A stretch of 64,000 nucleotides of DNA. Origin: Macrostomum lignano (taxonomy: Eukaryota). The notes beneath the pieces are model-generated. The model had not been told where the DNA came from, did no database searches, and worked only from the letters and a program-made list of their open reading frames with translations. The stretch is taken from the NCBI GenBank assembly GCA_002269645.1, contig NIVC01000819.1, positions 124,001-188,000 on the forward strand. The letters are read 5' to 3'. Position numbers and translations under genes: made by a program. This document shows, piece by piece, positions 33,788 to 47,305 of the stretch. Positions within the stretch are counted from its first letter, which is position 1. Every line of letters begins with the position of its first letter.

Positions 33788-36116
33788 GCCCCACCGTGCC
33801 CCATCCAGATCGCCAGCGAGTGCCGCGCATTTCAACGCGACTTGGCAGCCGCCGACGCCGCCGGAGACCTCACCAAGGTGTTCGAACTTGCGAATTCTGT
33901 TGATCCGCTGCTGCCGAACCCGGACGCTGAAGCCGGTGCGGATGTCGCCGAAAGCTTTGCCGCCGCCGCCCCCGCGGTCGATGTCGACGCCAGCGGCTCG
34001 CTGAGGAACCTGCTGGTGCCGGTGGACTCTGAGCTCACTCACCTGACCGGCCTGCTGGAGGGCAGCCGGGAGCGGGCGGCTCGGGATCCCAGTTGCTATG
34101 CGGAGTTCGCGGGCTGCCTGGAGGGCTTCGAGGCCGCGCCAGTCTGGCTGGCCGTCTGCTGCAACACCGCCGGGTTCGGCGCCTCCCCCGACAGGCAGCG
34201 GCTGATGAAAGGCGGCGCGACGCCGCTTCCACGGCAGATGCTCTTCGTGTCGTTTGACGCCGACGAGCGCCTCGACTACATGGCAGCCGTGTCGCTTGAC
34301 GGCCGCCTGCGGCTGCGGCTGCACTCCGGCGGCGGCGTTGACTTTCAGCTGGGCGTCTCCGGCCTGCACTGCGACGACGGTCGGCAGCTGCTGTACATCT
34401 GCCTGACGCCCGAAGGCGTCTGCGTTACCAACTTGGCTGGTGAGCGACTGGGGAGCTTCGATGAGCTTTAGGATAAGTCACCGCCAGCCTCCCAGAGTGT
34501 CAGTTGTTGGGCCAGCCTCCCAGTGTCAGTTGCTGGGCCAGCCTCCCAGATCCTCAATTGCTGGGCCAGCCTCCCAGATCCCCAGTTTCTGGGCCAGCCT
34601 CCCAGTGTCAGTTGCTGGGCCAGCCTCCCAGATCCTCAGTTTTTGGGCCAGCCTCCTAGAGTGTCAGTTTCTGGACCAGTCTCTCAGCTCCTCAGTTGCT
34701 GGGCCAGCCTCCCAGATCCCCTCAGTTGCTGGGCCAGCTTCCCAGAGTGTCAGTTGCTGGGCCAGCCTCCCAGATCCTCAGTTTTTGGGCCAGCCTCCTA
34801 GAGTGTCAGTTTCTGGACCAGTCTCTCAGCTCCTCAGTTGCTGGGCCAGCCTCCCAGATCCCCTCAGTTGCTGGGCCAGCTTCCCAGAGTGTCAGTTGCT
34901 GGGCCAGCCTCCCAGATCCTCAGCCACAAGTCGCCACTCTCCTCTCCCAGGTGCGGTGCAGCAGAAAATCACGCCGGCCAGCCTCGGTCTGATTTCGCAG
35001 CCTCCTGCTGCAGGCGCCGCTGCCGCCGCTGCGGCTGCGTCAAACGCAGCCAACTTTCGATTCTCCGGGCCGGCCGGCACTCCCGACAAACTGTTTGTGA
35101 ACTGCTACCGGCAGCGGACTGTGCTGGTTGTGGGCAAGGAGGTGGGCGTCCCTACTGCCCTTTGTACTGTATTTCAGTATAGCGCATATTCCGACCAATG
35201 CGGTAACAGAAAACATTGATGCGGGGAAGGGAAGCTGGATTAAGTCGGAGGGAGGGTAGAGGGAGAGGGATGGAGGGTAGAGGGAGAGGGAGGGAGGGTA
35301 GAGGGAGAGGGAGGGAGGGTAGAGGGAGAGGAGGAGAAGGTAGAGGGAGAGAGGGGAAGGTAGTGGGAGAGGGGAGAGTAGAGTAGAGGGAGGGAGGGTA
35401 GTGGGAGAGGGAGGGAGAGTTGAGGGAGAGGGAGGAAGGGTAGAGGGAGAGGGAGGAAGGGTAGAGGGAGAGGGAGGGAAGGTAGAGTGAGACAAGATAC
35501 AGAGGAAAGGTAGCAGAAAAAGCAGACTTAAGTCGAAGGCAATTTTCAGAAGCATTTTTTCAGCAGCTGTCCTGCTAATCCCGCACTCTGCCCGCCCCTC
35601 TGCCTGCCTCTGCAGGACCTGGCGCTGCACGCCAAGCTGTCCCTGGGCCCCGGCAGCAGCACCTTCGACGGCGGCCTCGCCGTCACCAACGCTGTCGGCA
35701 GCGGCAGCTGTGGCACCGCGGCAGACGACCCGAGCCAGCGGCAGCAGCGGCAGCACAGTCTGCTTCTTGCCTGCGACTGGGCGGCCAAGTCCGTCCATCG
35801 AGTCTGCCCGGCCAGCGGCCGGCTTCTGTCGCCGCCGCTCTGCGCTCCACCGGTCATGGAGGCGCCGTTAGGCATCGCCGTCGACTGTCGGCGCGGCGTC
35901 GCCTTCGTCAGCGACTACCGCAAGGCCAGCGTGCGGGTGCTGCTGCTCGAGGGCGGCAGCGGCGGTGGCAGCGGCAGAGACTGGCAGCCGCAGCTGGCTG
36001 GGCCGCCCTTTGCCAATCCGGCCGGCTTGGCCGTGGCCGAGACTGGGGACGGCGGGGCCACCCTGTTTGTGGCCGACTCTGGCAGAAAATGCATTGTGAC
36101 CTACAGCCTGCTGTAG
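32857..36116 (+). CDS. TRIM-NHL-like protein: degenerate B-box-like Cys/His motif, coiled coil, C-terminal NHL-type beta-propeller; no RING seen
   Basis: Exons 32857-33264 / 33809-34439 / 34951-35141 / 35616-36116, phase-consistent. Motifs: CSVKLCH..LLLCQRH; [15 protein letters not shown]; [21 protein letters not shown] (NHL repeats). Confidence 0.65.
33680..33790 (+). repeat. Intronic (GACA)n microsatellite
   Basis: Visible. Confidence 0.95.
34480..34925 (+). repeat. Intronic ~27-bp degenerate minisatellite AGTTGCTGGGCCAGCCTCCCAGATCCTC
   Basis: Fills intron 34440-34950. Confidence 0.9.
35245..35490 (+). repeat. Intronic purine-rich repeat (GGAGGGTAGAGGGAGA)
   Basis: Within intron 35142-35615. 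Confidence 0.85.
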
Positions 36117-36124
36117 GGCTGCGG

Positions 36125-36174
36125 ACTGACGGACAGACACACAGACAGGCAGACAGACACACAGACAGACAGGC

Positions 36175-36215
<41 letters not shown>

Positions 36216-36216
36216 C

Positions 36217-36259
<43 letters not shown>

Positions 36260-36372
36260 CACAGACAGACAGACACACAGACAGACAGACACATAGACAG
36301 ACAGACACACAGACAGACAGACACACAGACAGACACACAGACAGACAGACAGACAGACACACAGACAGACAC

Positions 36373-36407
<35 letters not shown>

Positions 36408-36408
36408 C

Positions 36409-36471
<63 letters not shown>

Positions 36472-36480
36472 CACAGACAC

Positions 36481-36519
<39 letters not shown>

Positions 36520-36644
36520 CACAGACAGACAGACACACAGACAGACAGACACATAGACAGACACATAGACAGACAGACACACAGACAGACAGACACACAG
36601 ACAGACACACAGACAGACAGACAGACAGACACACAGACAGACAC

Positions 36645-36675
<31 letters not shown>

Positions 36676-36676
36676 C

Positions 36677-36739
<63 letters not shown>

Positions 36740-36770
36740 CACAGACAGACACACAGACAGACACACAGAC
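36125..36770 (+). repeat. (GACA/CACA)n microsatellite starting about 10 bp after the stop codon
   Basis: Visible. Confidence 0.97.
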
Positions 36771-37578
36771 AGATTTACAGTCGCAGGAAGTCTCAGCCTG
36801 GCATTCTTATTTCAATAATTATGAAATCACAAAATCCGCAATGCATGGCCCCTTGCGCATGAGCTGTGCCATCTTCCATTAATACCACTTGGCCTTTTAT
36901 CATAGAATTAATCAAATCTTCTCTGCCTTATTCGAATGTTTAAAGGAGATTGCTTCAATGCATGCTGTCTTATCCTAGTTACGAATGCTTGTTAACAGTT
37001 TTTAGCACTGCGCCTTAATCGGAGGTGCAAACAAATAAGCATTGCATTATTTCTGTGAAAGTACAGTATGTTTCGGCGCTTAATAAGAATGTTATTTGAC
37101 GAGCTAGTATATTTGTTTTAGTGCATATATAATCATTAATTTCATTCGCATACAAACATTATTTAAATACAAAGCATTGAAGCAGTTAATTTTTACAAAA
37201 GTGCTTCAGATTTGCTTCTGAATTTCTGTCAGGTTAGCGAGTTCTCTTGTTAATCTCTTGTTAATCTCTTGTTAATTTAGGCATATATACGCTCGTATGG
37301 CTTTGGAATAAACAATAAAAATATTAATAATGTGAAGCTGCACATCGAACCCGCGGGCACTTCTTCATTGTCGGCATGCACTGACTGTACTCCCTACATT
37401 GACAATGCCGTGGAGTTGCTGATCCTTAAGTCCTTTCGAGAATGTTAATATGCCTTAAACCTAGTCTTCGATTCTCCTAAAGATAGCGCACCGTTTTAAA
37501 GAAGTTGCCATGAGCACTCATAAAAGTGCATTTATTTATTTACACGAAGTTTTGCGACCGAGTTTCTCAGTCACCTAC

Positions 37579-39396
37579 TCAGCCTTCGGTCTCGTCAACA
37601 ACCGTAGCCAGCGAGTCTTTGTTCGGGGCTTCTTCCACGACCCGCGGCAGAGGCGGCGGCGCGGTGGCTTTCTTGAACACGTCGCAGCCGCCGCGCTCTC
37701 CGGCGGACTCGTCGGCGGAGGATGACGAAGCCGAAGACGGGTCGGCGATGGTGGCGCGCCTGCACCGAAGGCTCCACTCGACGCCTTGGTCTCTGGGCTC
37801 GCAGCTGTGCAGCTTGAGCACGCCGCTCAGGTCCTGCTGCGAATGGTCCAGGCCTTTGGAGTCGCGGTACAGAGTCCACAGCCGGTGCACGATCTCCGAG
37901 CAGACGATGTCGCCGCAGTTCAAGGCGATCATTTTCAGCACAAAGGTGCCGTCCTGTCGCAGAAAGGTGCGGCAGAAGGCCTGCACGTACTCGTTCTTCT
38001 TGGTCTCCTGGTAGTTATCGGACAGCTTGAGCATCCGGTTGACGAAGTGGTTGCCGCAGCTGGTGTGGCAGACTCTGAACAGCCAGGTCGCCAGGCTGAT
38101 GACTGTCGCAACCGAGACGAACACGAACCAGAACCAGAGGAAGATGTAGATCTTCTCGTTGATCATGTTCACCGGCAGGATGCACTGCGCGAACTGCCAG
38201 TTGGCACCGACAGCGGATTTCACCAGCACTGCGCAGCAGCCGATCCTCGGGAAGATTTTGCTCACCTGCCAGTCCCGGCCGTGAGAAATGTCCCACAGCA
38301 GCTGGGCGCCAAGGAAGTCGTAGCGCTTCGACTCAATGCCGAGGAATTTGCGCATCAGGCCCAGCTGGCTGAGCACGTTGGTCAGGTAGACAATCTTGAT
38401 GAGCAGGTAGCTGAGGATGAGCCAGCTGCCCGACGCTTTGGCGGGCATGGCAACAGAGAGCGCGCGCCAGGCCTTCGCAAAGGCGTTCCGCATCGTGTCC
38501 GGACCTCGGAGAGACCTGCGGGTCGCGGAGATTGCTCCGTCTGATAATTACATGGATAAACCCTCTGTCACAACTTCAATAGCTGTTGTAACCCGGTGTC
38601 CCGATTCCACTGGACTGTTGTGACCCTTTGTCCCGATTCCACTGGACTGTTGTGACCCTTTGTCCCGATTCCACTGGACTGTTGTGACCCTTTGTCCCGA
38701 TTCCACTGGACTGTTGTGACCCTTTGTCCCAATTCCACTGGACTGTTGTGACCCTTTGTCCCAATTCCACTGGACTGTTGTGACCCTTTGTCCCGATTCC
38801 ACTGGACTGTTGTGACCCTTTGTCCAACTGCAGAGTTTCTAAGTCACAAAAGTCACGCACTTTGCGCAGTTCTTGCGCATCATCTGATGCAACATCCGGC
38901 TAGCGTGGTTCACCATCTTCTCGTGCCGTTCCCCAGTCTCCCTGGCAGCGTCCCTGACAACGCGGACCACGTGACCAACGTCCGTGCCGGCCCTATCGTA
39001 GCTGATGACGTTCCAGAGCAGCCTGGGCAGGTAGAACAGCACGGCCTGCACCGCCAGCACGATGGGCACCCACTGGTAGTAGACGATCTTATCGCCCGCG
39101 TAGGCCGACACTCCACCGTCGTGCAAGTCGGCGTACAACGAGAAGTTCACTGGGTGCACGGCGTAGGTGCCCTCCGTCCAGCAGTAGCTGTTCACGTACT
39201 CCAGCTGGTTCTCCACCGTGAAGCCGATCGGGGTGGGCACGAAGCAGGCCACGGGCTCCAGGAAGTAGGTCTTCATGGTCACCAGGCTGCAGAGCACCGT
39301 GAGCAGGCAGCTGGTCCACTTGTAGCTCAGCTCGTCTGCGAAGTCTTCAACTCCGATGTAGTTGACGATGTCCATCTTGCGGAATTGCTCCAGCAT
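37579..39396 (-). CDS. inx: Innexin A (~490 aa, 2 coding exons)
   Basis: Motifs [80 protein letters not shown]. Exons 39396-38861 / 38515-37579 (phase 2; total divisible by 3). A probable 5'UTR intron spans 39730-39412. Confidence 0.93.
38590..38830 (+). repeat. Intronic 32-bp minisatellite TTCCACTGGACTGTTGTGACCCTTTGTCCCGA
   Basis: Visible array. Confidence 0.93.
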
Positions 39397-39439
39397 TCCC
39401 TCTGGACCCGCCTGTTATTGTTGGTTGGGGCGGAATTTA

Positions 39440-39700
39440 ATAACCCACAGCCAGATGAGGATTAACCCGTGAGTACATGATGAACCCACAGCCAGATGAG
39501 GATTAACCCGTGAGTACATGATGAATCCACAGCCAGATGAGGATTAACCCGTGAGTACATGATGAACCCACAGCCAGATGAGGATTAACCCGTGAGTACA
39601 TGATGAACCCACAGCCAGATGAGGATTAACCCGTGAGTACATGATGAACCCACAGCCAGGTGAGGATTAACCCACAGCCAGGTGAGGATTAACCTACAGC
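39440..39700 (+). repeat. 41-bp minisatellite AACCCACAGCCAGATGAGGATTAACCCGTGAGTACATGATG (probable 5'UTR intron)
   Basis: Visible array between the AG at 39412 and the GTAAGT donor at 39730 (minus strand). Confidence 0.9.
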
Positions 39701-41269
39701 CAGGTGAGCACACAGTTAAGATTAACTTACTGATTCCTCATTATCAGACCCCATACTGGTTGCCCAGCAAGCAGTTTGGCGACTTTCGAAAAATGACGAG
39801 CAGATCGAATAATTCGAATTCGAGATTCGACACAAATGAAAAATACGAACTCAGAACCGGCTCGGTCAGGCAAACCGCAAGGCTCGCCTTTCTCTTATTC
39901 TCTTTTCTCTCTGCCTCTTGAGCTCGCGGCAGGGCCAGCCCAGTCTGCTTCCACGCAAATTTGCTTTTGTGGGCAGCCAATTTTGGCATTTGTGTACTCG
40001 CAGCATTTTTTATTATTTGGCCAATGCAACACCGCGCTGCTGAGATGCTCTCAGAACTCTTCATCTCATCTCTTTCCCTTTCTAACTGCTGTTACCTCTC
40101 TCTCTCTCTCCTCTTCTGAGACCGCGGCTTGCGCTCAGCTCGCCCTGACGTGAAACTGCGACCCAAACGACTTGCCAACCGAAATTATTGCTTATACCCA
40201 GATTTCCATATCTGCCACAGGCTACTCGCAAGTAGAGAATAGATGGGAGATTTCTTAAACATTTTCGAGCATATCATCGAGAGCCAAACTCCGCTTTACT
40301 TGTAGAAATCCCACAAATGCTTTAACTATCCTATCTACTGACATTTCTAGAACTGAAACTACTAATAGTAGATTAAAAGCAAATCTCAGTTACCCATTTA
40401 TGCAGTCGATTCCCGGCTCATTAATGTCTACGGAAAGAGGTAAAAATGACATTGATGAAGGCCCTGGGGCCTTTTATATATTGGTAAATTAATTTCCATA
40501 GAAAACAGTTCTGCTTAAAAAATCGGTTCGGTAGCAGTGGAAATATTTACAGAAAGAATAACAATTTTCGATTGAGGTAGCGAACACGAAGCTACTCGTA
40601 AGTAGTACAGCAGAAAAATCACAACGGCGCACAACAGTCAGACAGCTGGGCTAACACAAAAATCAAAACGTGTATTGCACTAGGCAATAATTTTTTTTCA
40701 TGTTGGATATTGCTTATACATGTAAAATCAACAACTGGACTTTGCAGCTCAGAGCAAAGCTAATTAGTTAATTAGTTAATTAGTAGGCACGCAGATTATA
40801 CGCACTTTATTGCTCACTAGGTGAGACCCACAACTCGTGAAATTGCGGCTAACATTTGATGGCTTATTGAATACAGTAACTGCTTCGCGTGAGAGTTTTC
40901 AAATTCGAATAATGAGCACAGAAACGCCAAATAGCAACACGTACGAGCTTACTACTATTAGTACAGTAATTTCCAATACAGTAGGCACAACAAAAATTAT
41001 GTAAATTACAACAGCTTAGAAATCCATGCGATTTCTGTCGCATAGACAGAGCCTGAATGAATACTACTTGTCATCATCATCACATACTACTTTCAAGTAG
41101 TTTTCTACGCGTGCACAGAAAAACATGACTAGAATAAGTATATGTTATCGGGTGCAGACTTGCTGATAAACACGGGTTGTGCATTCAGTGTGCAATTGGA
41201 TCAAGCACTCGCTGGCTGAGAATGTATACAATGCACGGACAGTGAATGTAAATTGCACAGACTCTGCAC

Positions 41270-42765
41270 TGCCCATTCTGTAATCATGTGACTCTACACT
41301 GCTCATTCTGTAATCATGTGACTTTACACTGCTCATTCTGTAATCATGTGACTCTACACTGCTCATTCTGTAATCATGTGACTCTACACTGCTCATTCTG
41401 TAATCATGTGACTCTACACTGCTCATTCTGTAATCATGTGACTCTGCACTGCCCATTCTGTAATCATGTGACTCTACACTGCCCATTCTGTAATCATGTG
41501 ACTCTACACTGCTCATTCTGTAATCATGTGACTCTACACTGCTCATTCTGTAATCATGTGACTCTACACTGCTCATTCTGTAATCATGTGACTCTACACT
41601 GCTCATTCTGTAACCATGTGACTCTACACTGCTCATTCTGTAACCATGTGACTCTACACTGCTCATTCTGTAACCATGTGACTCTACACTGCTCATTCTG
41701 TAATCATGTGACTCTACACTGCTCATTCTGTAACCATGTGACTCTACACTGCTCATTCTGTAACCATGTGACTCTACACTGCTCATTCTGTAACCATGTG
41801 ACTCTACACTGCTCATTCTGTAATCATGTGACTCTACACTGCTCATTCTGTAACCATGTGACTCTACACTGCTCATTCTGTAATCACTAATCATGTGACT
41901 CTACGCTGCTCATTCTGTAATCATGTGACTCTACACTGCTCATTCTGTAATAATGTGACTCTACACTGCTCATTCTGTAATCATGCGACTCTACACTGCT
42001 CATTCTGTAATCATGTGACTCTACACTGCTCATTCTGTAATCATTTGACTCTACACTGCTCATTCTGTAATCACTAATCATGTGACTCTACACAGCTCAT
42101 TCTGTAATCACTAATCATGTGACTCTACACAGCTCATTCTGTAATCATGTGACTCTACACAGCTCATTCTGTAATCATGTGACTCTACACAGCTCATTCT
42201 GTAATCATGTGACTCTACACTGCTCATTCTGTAATAATGTGACTCTACACTGCTCATTCTGTAATCATGTGACTCTACACTGCTCATTCTGTAATAATGT
42301 GACTCTACACTGCTCATTCTGTAATCATGTGACTCTACACTGCTCATTCTGTAATCACTAATCATGTGACTCTACACTGCTCATTCTGTAATCATGTGAC
42401 TCTACACAGCTCATTCTGAAATCATGTGACTCTACACAGCTCATTCTGTAATCATGTGACTCTACACAGCTCATTCTGTAATCATGTGACTCTACACTGC
42501 TCATTCTGTAATAATGTGACTCTACACTGCTCATTCTGTAATCATGTGACTCTACACTGCTCATTCTGTAATAATGTGACTCTACACTGCTCATTCTGTA
42601 ATCATGTGACTCTACACTGCTCATTCTGTAATCACTAATCATGTGACTCTACACTGCTCATTCTGTAATCATGTGACTCTACACTGCTCATTCTGTAATA
42701 ATGTGACTCTACACTGCTCATTCTGTAATCATGCGACTCTACACTGCTCATTCTGTAATAATACT
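41270..42765 (+). repeat. 30-bp minisatellite AATCATGTGACTCTACACTGCTCATTCTGT between the innexins
   Basis: About 50 units, punctuated by AATCACT insertions. It begins about 45 bp after the innexin B stop. Confidence 0.97.
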
Positions 42766-42810
42766 GAGTTTGCCACTGGGTCTCCAAAGCCAGTCAAAGC
42801 TGCTTTAGTT

Positions 42811-45800
42811 TCAAATGGGTGCCTCGTAGGTCGCTGACTTCTTGCGCGCTCCGCCGATGGCCGCCTCCACCGTCACCGTGGTGGCCGACGGCCGCTGTCG
42901 CGTTTCGCCGCCGCTTGCCGGGTGCGAGACAAATCGCTGAAGCGCCGGGGGCGACTTCTCGAACTCGGCAACGGGAGCTGGCGGCTGCTGCTGCTCAAGC
43001 AGACGCTTCTCAGTCTCTTCCGCCTCAGCCTCGGGCTCCGGCGGCACGCAGACGACGCCCTCTGGTGCCGGCGGCTCACCGTAGCGTCTTCGTCGATAAA
43101 CCGACCAGAGGTTCTGCACCACCTCCGAGCAGATCACGTCGCCGGAGTTGAGCGCAATCATCCTCAGCAGGAAGGTGCCGTCCTGACGCAGGAAGTCGCG
43201 GATGAACCGGTGCAGGTCGCGCTTGTCCACGCCGCCCCTGGGGCCGTCCCAGGCTTCCGTCATCTGCAGGTAGCGCTTGACAAAGTCTGCCCGCTGCCTG
43301 ATCTGCACAAGGCGCCAGACCCACATCGGGACGCTGAACACGGTGACAATGGCCACGCCGAGCACCCAGAACCACAGGAACACGTAGATCTTCTCGTTGA
43401 TCATGTTGATCGGCAGGGTGCACTGCGAGAACACGAAGTTGCCGCCGCTCGACAGGCGATAGAAGACGGCACAGGCGCCAACCCTGGGGAACACCATCGT
43501 CTGCGTCCAGTCGCGGCCTCGGCGAAGGTTCTGAAAGACGGCGGCGCCGTACGCGAAGTAGGTGGAGTTGAAGCCCAGGAAGGCGTGCATGAAGTACAGC
43601 TGGCCGATCGCGTTGGCGGTGTAGCACAGCTTCATCGCAAAGTAGATGAAGATCAGCCAGTTGCCGAGCCGGCGCGATGGCAGCAGGAAATGGCGCTGAA
43701 TCCTGCGCTGCAGCTTCTGCGCCAGCGTCAGCTTGGAGAGCTGGGAAGGGGGGGGGCAGTTCGTTGAGCAAATCTCTGGGAATTAGGGTCTGCTAGCAGT
43801 CTTAGTCCCATTTGGGCTAAGAAGAAATTGAAGAAATGTTTTTTTTTAAAAACTATGAAAAGTATGTTACGAGTAAAACGCCTTGCATAGTCACTAAAGT
43901 CTAAAGCAGAAATAACAATATTCCTAATAGCGAGCTTTTCTGATTAAGATTCCAAATGACCCAAGGATTCCCTATCAGATATTCCCTGTGAGCCTTGGCG
44001 TCTCAGTCATTCTGCTAAAGAGCCTTGGCATCTCAGCAATTCCTTATGACGCTTGACATCTCAGCAATTCCCTGTGATCCTTGGCATCTCAGTAATTCCC
44101 CATGATCCTTGGCATCTCAGCAATTCCCTGTGAGCCTTGGCATCTCAGCAATTCCACATGATCCTTGGCATCTGAGCAATTCCCTGTGAGCCTTGGCATC
44201 TCAGCAATTCCTCATGATCCTTGGCATCTCAGTAATTCCCCATGATCCTTGGCATCTCAGCAATTCCTCATGATCCTTGGCATCTCAGCAATTCCCTGTG
44301 ATCCTTGGTATCTCAGCAATTCCCCATGATCCTTGGCATCTCAGCAATTCCCCATGATCCTTGGCATCTCAGCAATTCCACATGATCCTTGGCATCTCAG
44401 CAATTCCACATGATCCTTGGCATCTGAGCAATTCCCTGTGAGCCTTGGCATCTCAGCAATTCCTCATGATCCTTGGCATCTCAGTAATTCCCCATGATCC
44501 TTGGCATCTTAGCAATTCCCCATGATCCTTGACATCTCAGCCATTCCCCATAATCCTTGACATCTCAGCAATTCCCCATGATCCTTGGTATTTCAGCAAT
44601 TCCCCATGAGCCTTAGCATCTTAGCAACTCTTCTTGATCCTTTTATTTGAATTTTATCTACGCTTGTAATTCTAACAAATTTTGGCTACTTTTTATCGAT
44701 TTTATGAATGTTTTAAATTCTTATTTTATTTAAATCACGGATAGTATTGTTTATAATGCCTCATCATTTCCGGGTGGGCAAGAATTTTCTCGCTCGCAAG
44801 TTGGCTAACTCTAAGTATTGGCAAATTTTGCAAATGGAAGTCTAACAGTTCTGCTTGTTGTTCATTAGGCAAATGTTCTCTTTGACCGAACTTACACATC
44901 CTGTTTTATCTATTTTCAGCTATGTCTCTTTCCTACGCAAATAATATATTTGCAATTTTATTTTCTATAATTCTATCGATCTATTATTGTACAATTTGAT
45001 ATTTGATCTTATTTTGATTTTGGCGCCACTTCAACGCCGCGGACAATATTTTAGCGCCATTTTAGCGCCAAGACCCAGTCTAATACAGCGCCTCCATCCG
45101 CCAGCCCAGCAGCCTCACCCCAGAGTGCTCGCTCCTCTCCAGCTTCTCATTCTGAAAGAGCATCTGCTCCAGCCGTTTGCACACGTGCTGCACCAGCTTG
45201 GCGTGCTTCTCGGAGTCCGAGGTAACCGCATCGTTGGCCGCCCGGATGATGTGGCCGACATCCGTGCCAGCTCTGTTGTAGCTCATCATGCTCCACAGCA
45301 CCTTGGGCAGGTAGAATAGCAGGGATTGAAGGCCCAGCACGAACGGCACCCATTGGTAGTAGATTATCCGCCTGTCCTCGTACTTGGCTATCGGGTCTTT
45401 CAAAGTGTTGTCGATGTGGAACTCGGACAGAGGCACCGCAAATGTGCCTGAAAGTTGTGTATTATAATCATAATTCATATACCTAGTTGTCTATCTATCC
45501 CTGTGTCCACTCCCCAGTTACTTATCTATCCCCGTGTCTATACACCCAGGCTCTTATCTATCCAGGGAGCGCTGTGTCTGCATCCAGGCTCTTATCTATC
45601 CCTGTGTCCACTCCCCAGTATCCCACATCTATCCCTGTGTCCACTCCCCAGTATCCCACATCTATCCCTGTGTCCACTCCCCAGTATCCCACATCTATCC
45701 CTGTGTCCACTCCCCAGTATCCCACATCTATCCCTGTGTCCACTCCCCAGTATCCCACATCTATCCCTGTGTCCACTCCCCAGTATCCCACATCTATCCC

Positions 45801-47305
45801 TGTGTCCACTCCCCAGTATCCCACATCTATCCCTGTGTCTATACACCCAGACTCTTATCTATCCCTGTGTCTACATCCCAGACTCTTATCTACCCCTGTG
45901 TCTGCACCCCAGACTCTTATCTATCCCTGTGTCTACACCCTAGACTCTTATCTATCCCTGTGTCTATACCCCAGACTCTTATCTATCCCTGTGTCTACAT
46001 CCCAGACTCTTATCTATCCCTGTGTCTACACCCCAGACTCTTATCTATCCGTGTCTACATCCCAGACTCTTATGTCTTATCTATCCCTGTGTCTACACCC
46101 CAGACTCTTATCTATCCCTGTGTCTACATCCCAGACTCTTATCTATCCCTGTGTCTACACCCTAGACTCTTATCTATCCCTGTGTCTACATCCCAGACTC
46201 TTATCTATCCGTGTCTACACCCTAGACTCTTATCTATCCCTGTGTCTACATCCCAGACTCTTATCTATCCCTGTGTCTACACCCCAGACTCTTATCTATC
46301 CCTGTGTCTACACCCTAGACTCTTATCTATCCCTGTGTCTACATCCCAGACTCTTATCTATCCGTGTCTACACCCTAGACTCTTATCTATCCCTGTGTCT
46401 ACATCCCAGACTCTTATCTATCCGTGTCTACATCCCAGACTCTTATCTATCCCTGTGTCTACATCCCAGACTCTTATCTATCCCTGTGTCTACACCCAGA
46501 CTCTTATCTATCCCTGTGTCTACATCCCAGACTCTTATCTATCCCTGTGTCTATACCCCAGACTCTTATCTATCCCTGTGTCTACATCCCAGACTCTTAT
46601 CTATCCCTGTGTCTACACCCCAGACTCTTATCTATCCCTGTGTCTACACCCTAGACTCTTATCTATCCCTGTGTCTACATCCCAGACTCTTATCTATTCC
46701 TGTGTCTACACCCCAGACTCTTATCTATCCCTGTGTCTACATCCCAGACTCTTATCTATCCCTGTGTCTATACCCCAGACTGTTATCTATTCCTGTGTCT
46801 ACACCCAGACTCTTGTCTACACTTGTGTCTACACCCCAGACTCTTATCTATCCCTGTGTCTACACCTCAGACTTTTATGTTTTATCCATGACTGCATCTA
46901 CACCCAGCTTTTACCCCTTGGCCTTTGGTAGCTGGCTTGCTTGTATCTTGTTTTCATTTTTCGGTCTTAATAAACTTGATAATATCTTCTACTTGCATTC
47001 CATGATATTTAAACTTAAACCATTAAAAATAATATAAAAAATTGACAATCAGATTGGCACAATTTACCTTCGGTCCAACAATAATTATTCACGTATTGCT
47101 CCTGCCCGCTATGCGAGCCAACTTCGTTTGGTATGTAGCAAGCCACCGGCGACAGAACATAAGTCTTTAGCGTGACAGTTGTACAGCAGGCCAACAGCAA
47201 TACAACAGTGACTTGGAAATTGAGTCGATCAGAAAAGTCTTCTACTCCTGTGTAGGTGACTTGCTGGAATTTGCGAAACTTTTCAAATATATCAGCGGCT
47301 ACCAT
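42811..47305 (-). CDS. inx: Innexin B (~498 aa, 3 exons)
   Basis: Exons 47305-47068 / 45447-45119 / 43740-42811, phase-consistent. Motifs [69 protein letters not shown]. Confidence 0.93.
43985..44630 (+). repeat. Intronic 28-bp minisatellite CCTTGGCATCTCAGCAATTCCCCATGAT
   Basis: Visible. Its first units nearly match 9480-9510 in Helitron 2. Confidence 0.93.
45485..46880 (+). repeat. Intronic compound 33-bp/31-bp minisatellite (CTATCCCTGTGTC...)
   Basis: Two related unit types in succession fill intron 47067-45448. Confidence 0.93.

Noticed and set aside
35868-36766. CLSV/TDRQ repeat ORFs
   Set aside because: (GACA)n microsatellite.
41145-42837. SSVESHDYRM / VTLHCSFCNH repeat ORFs (CxxC-H looks zinc-finger-like)
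   Set aside because: A 30-bp tandem array open in both directions and interrupted by AATCACT insertions that introduce stops.
45455-47037. ORFs up to 516 aa antisense to innexin B
   Set aside because: Translation of the 31/33-bp intronic array.
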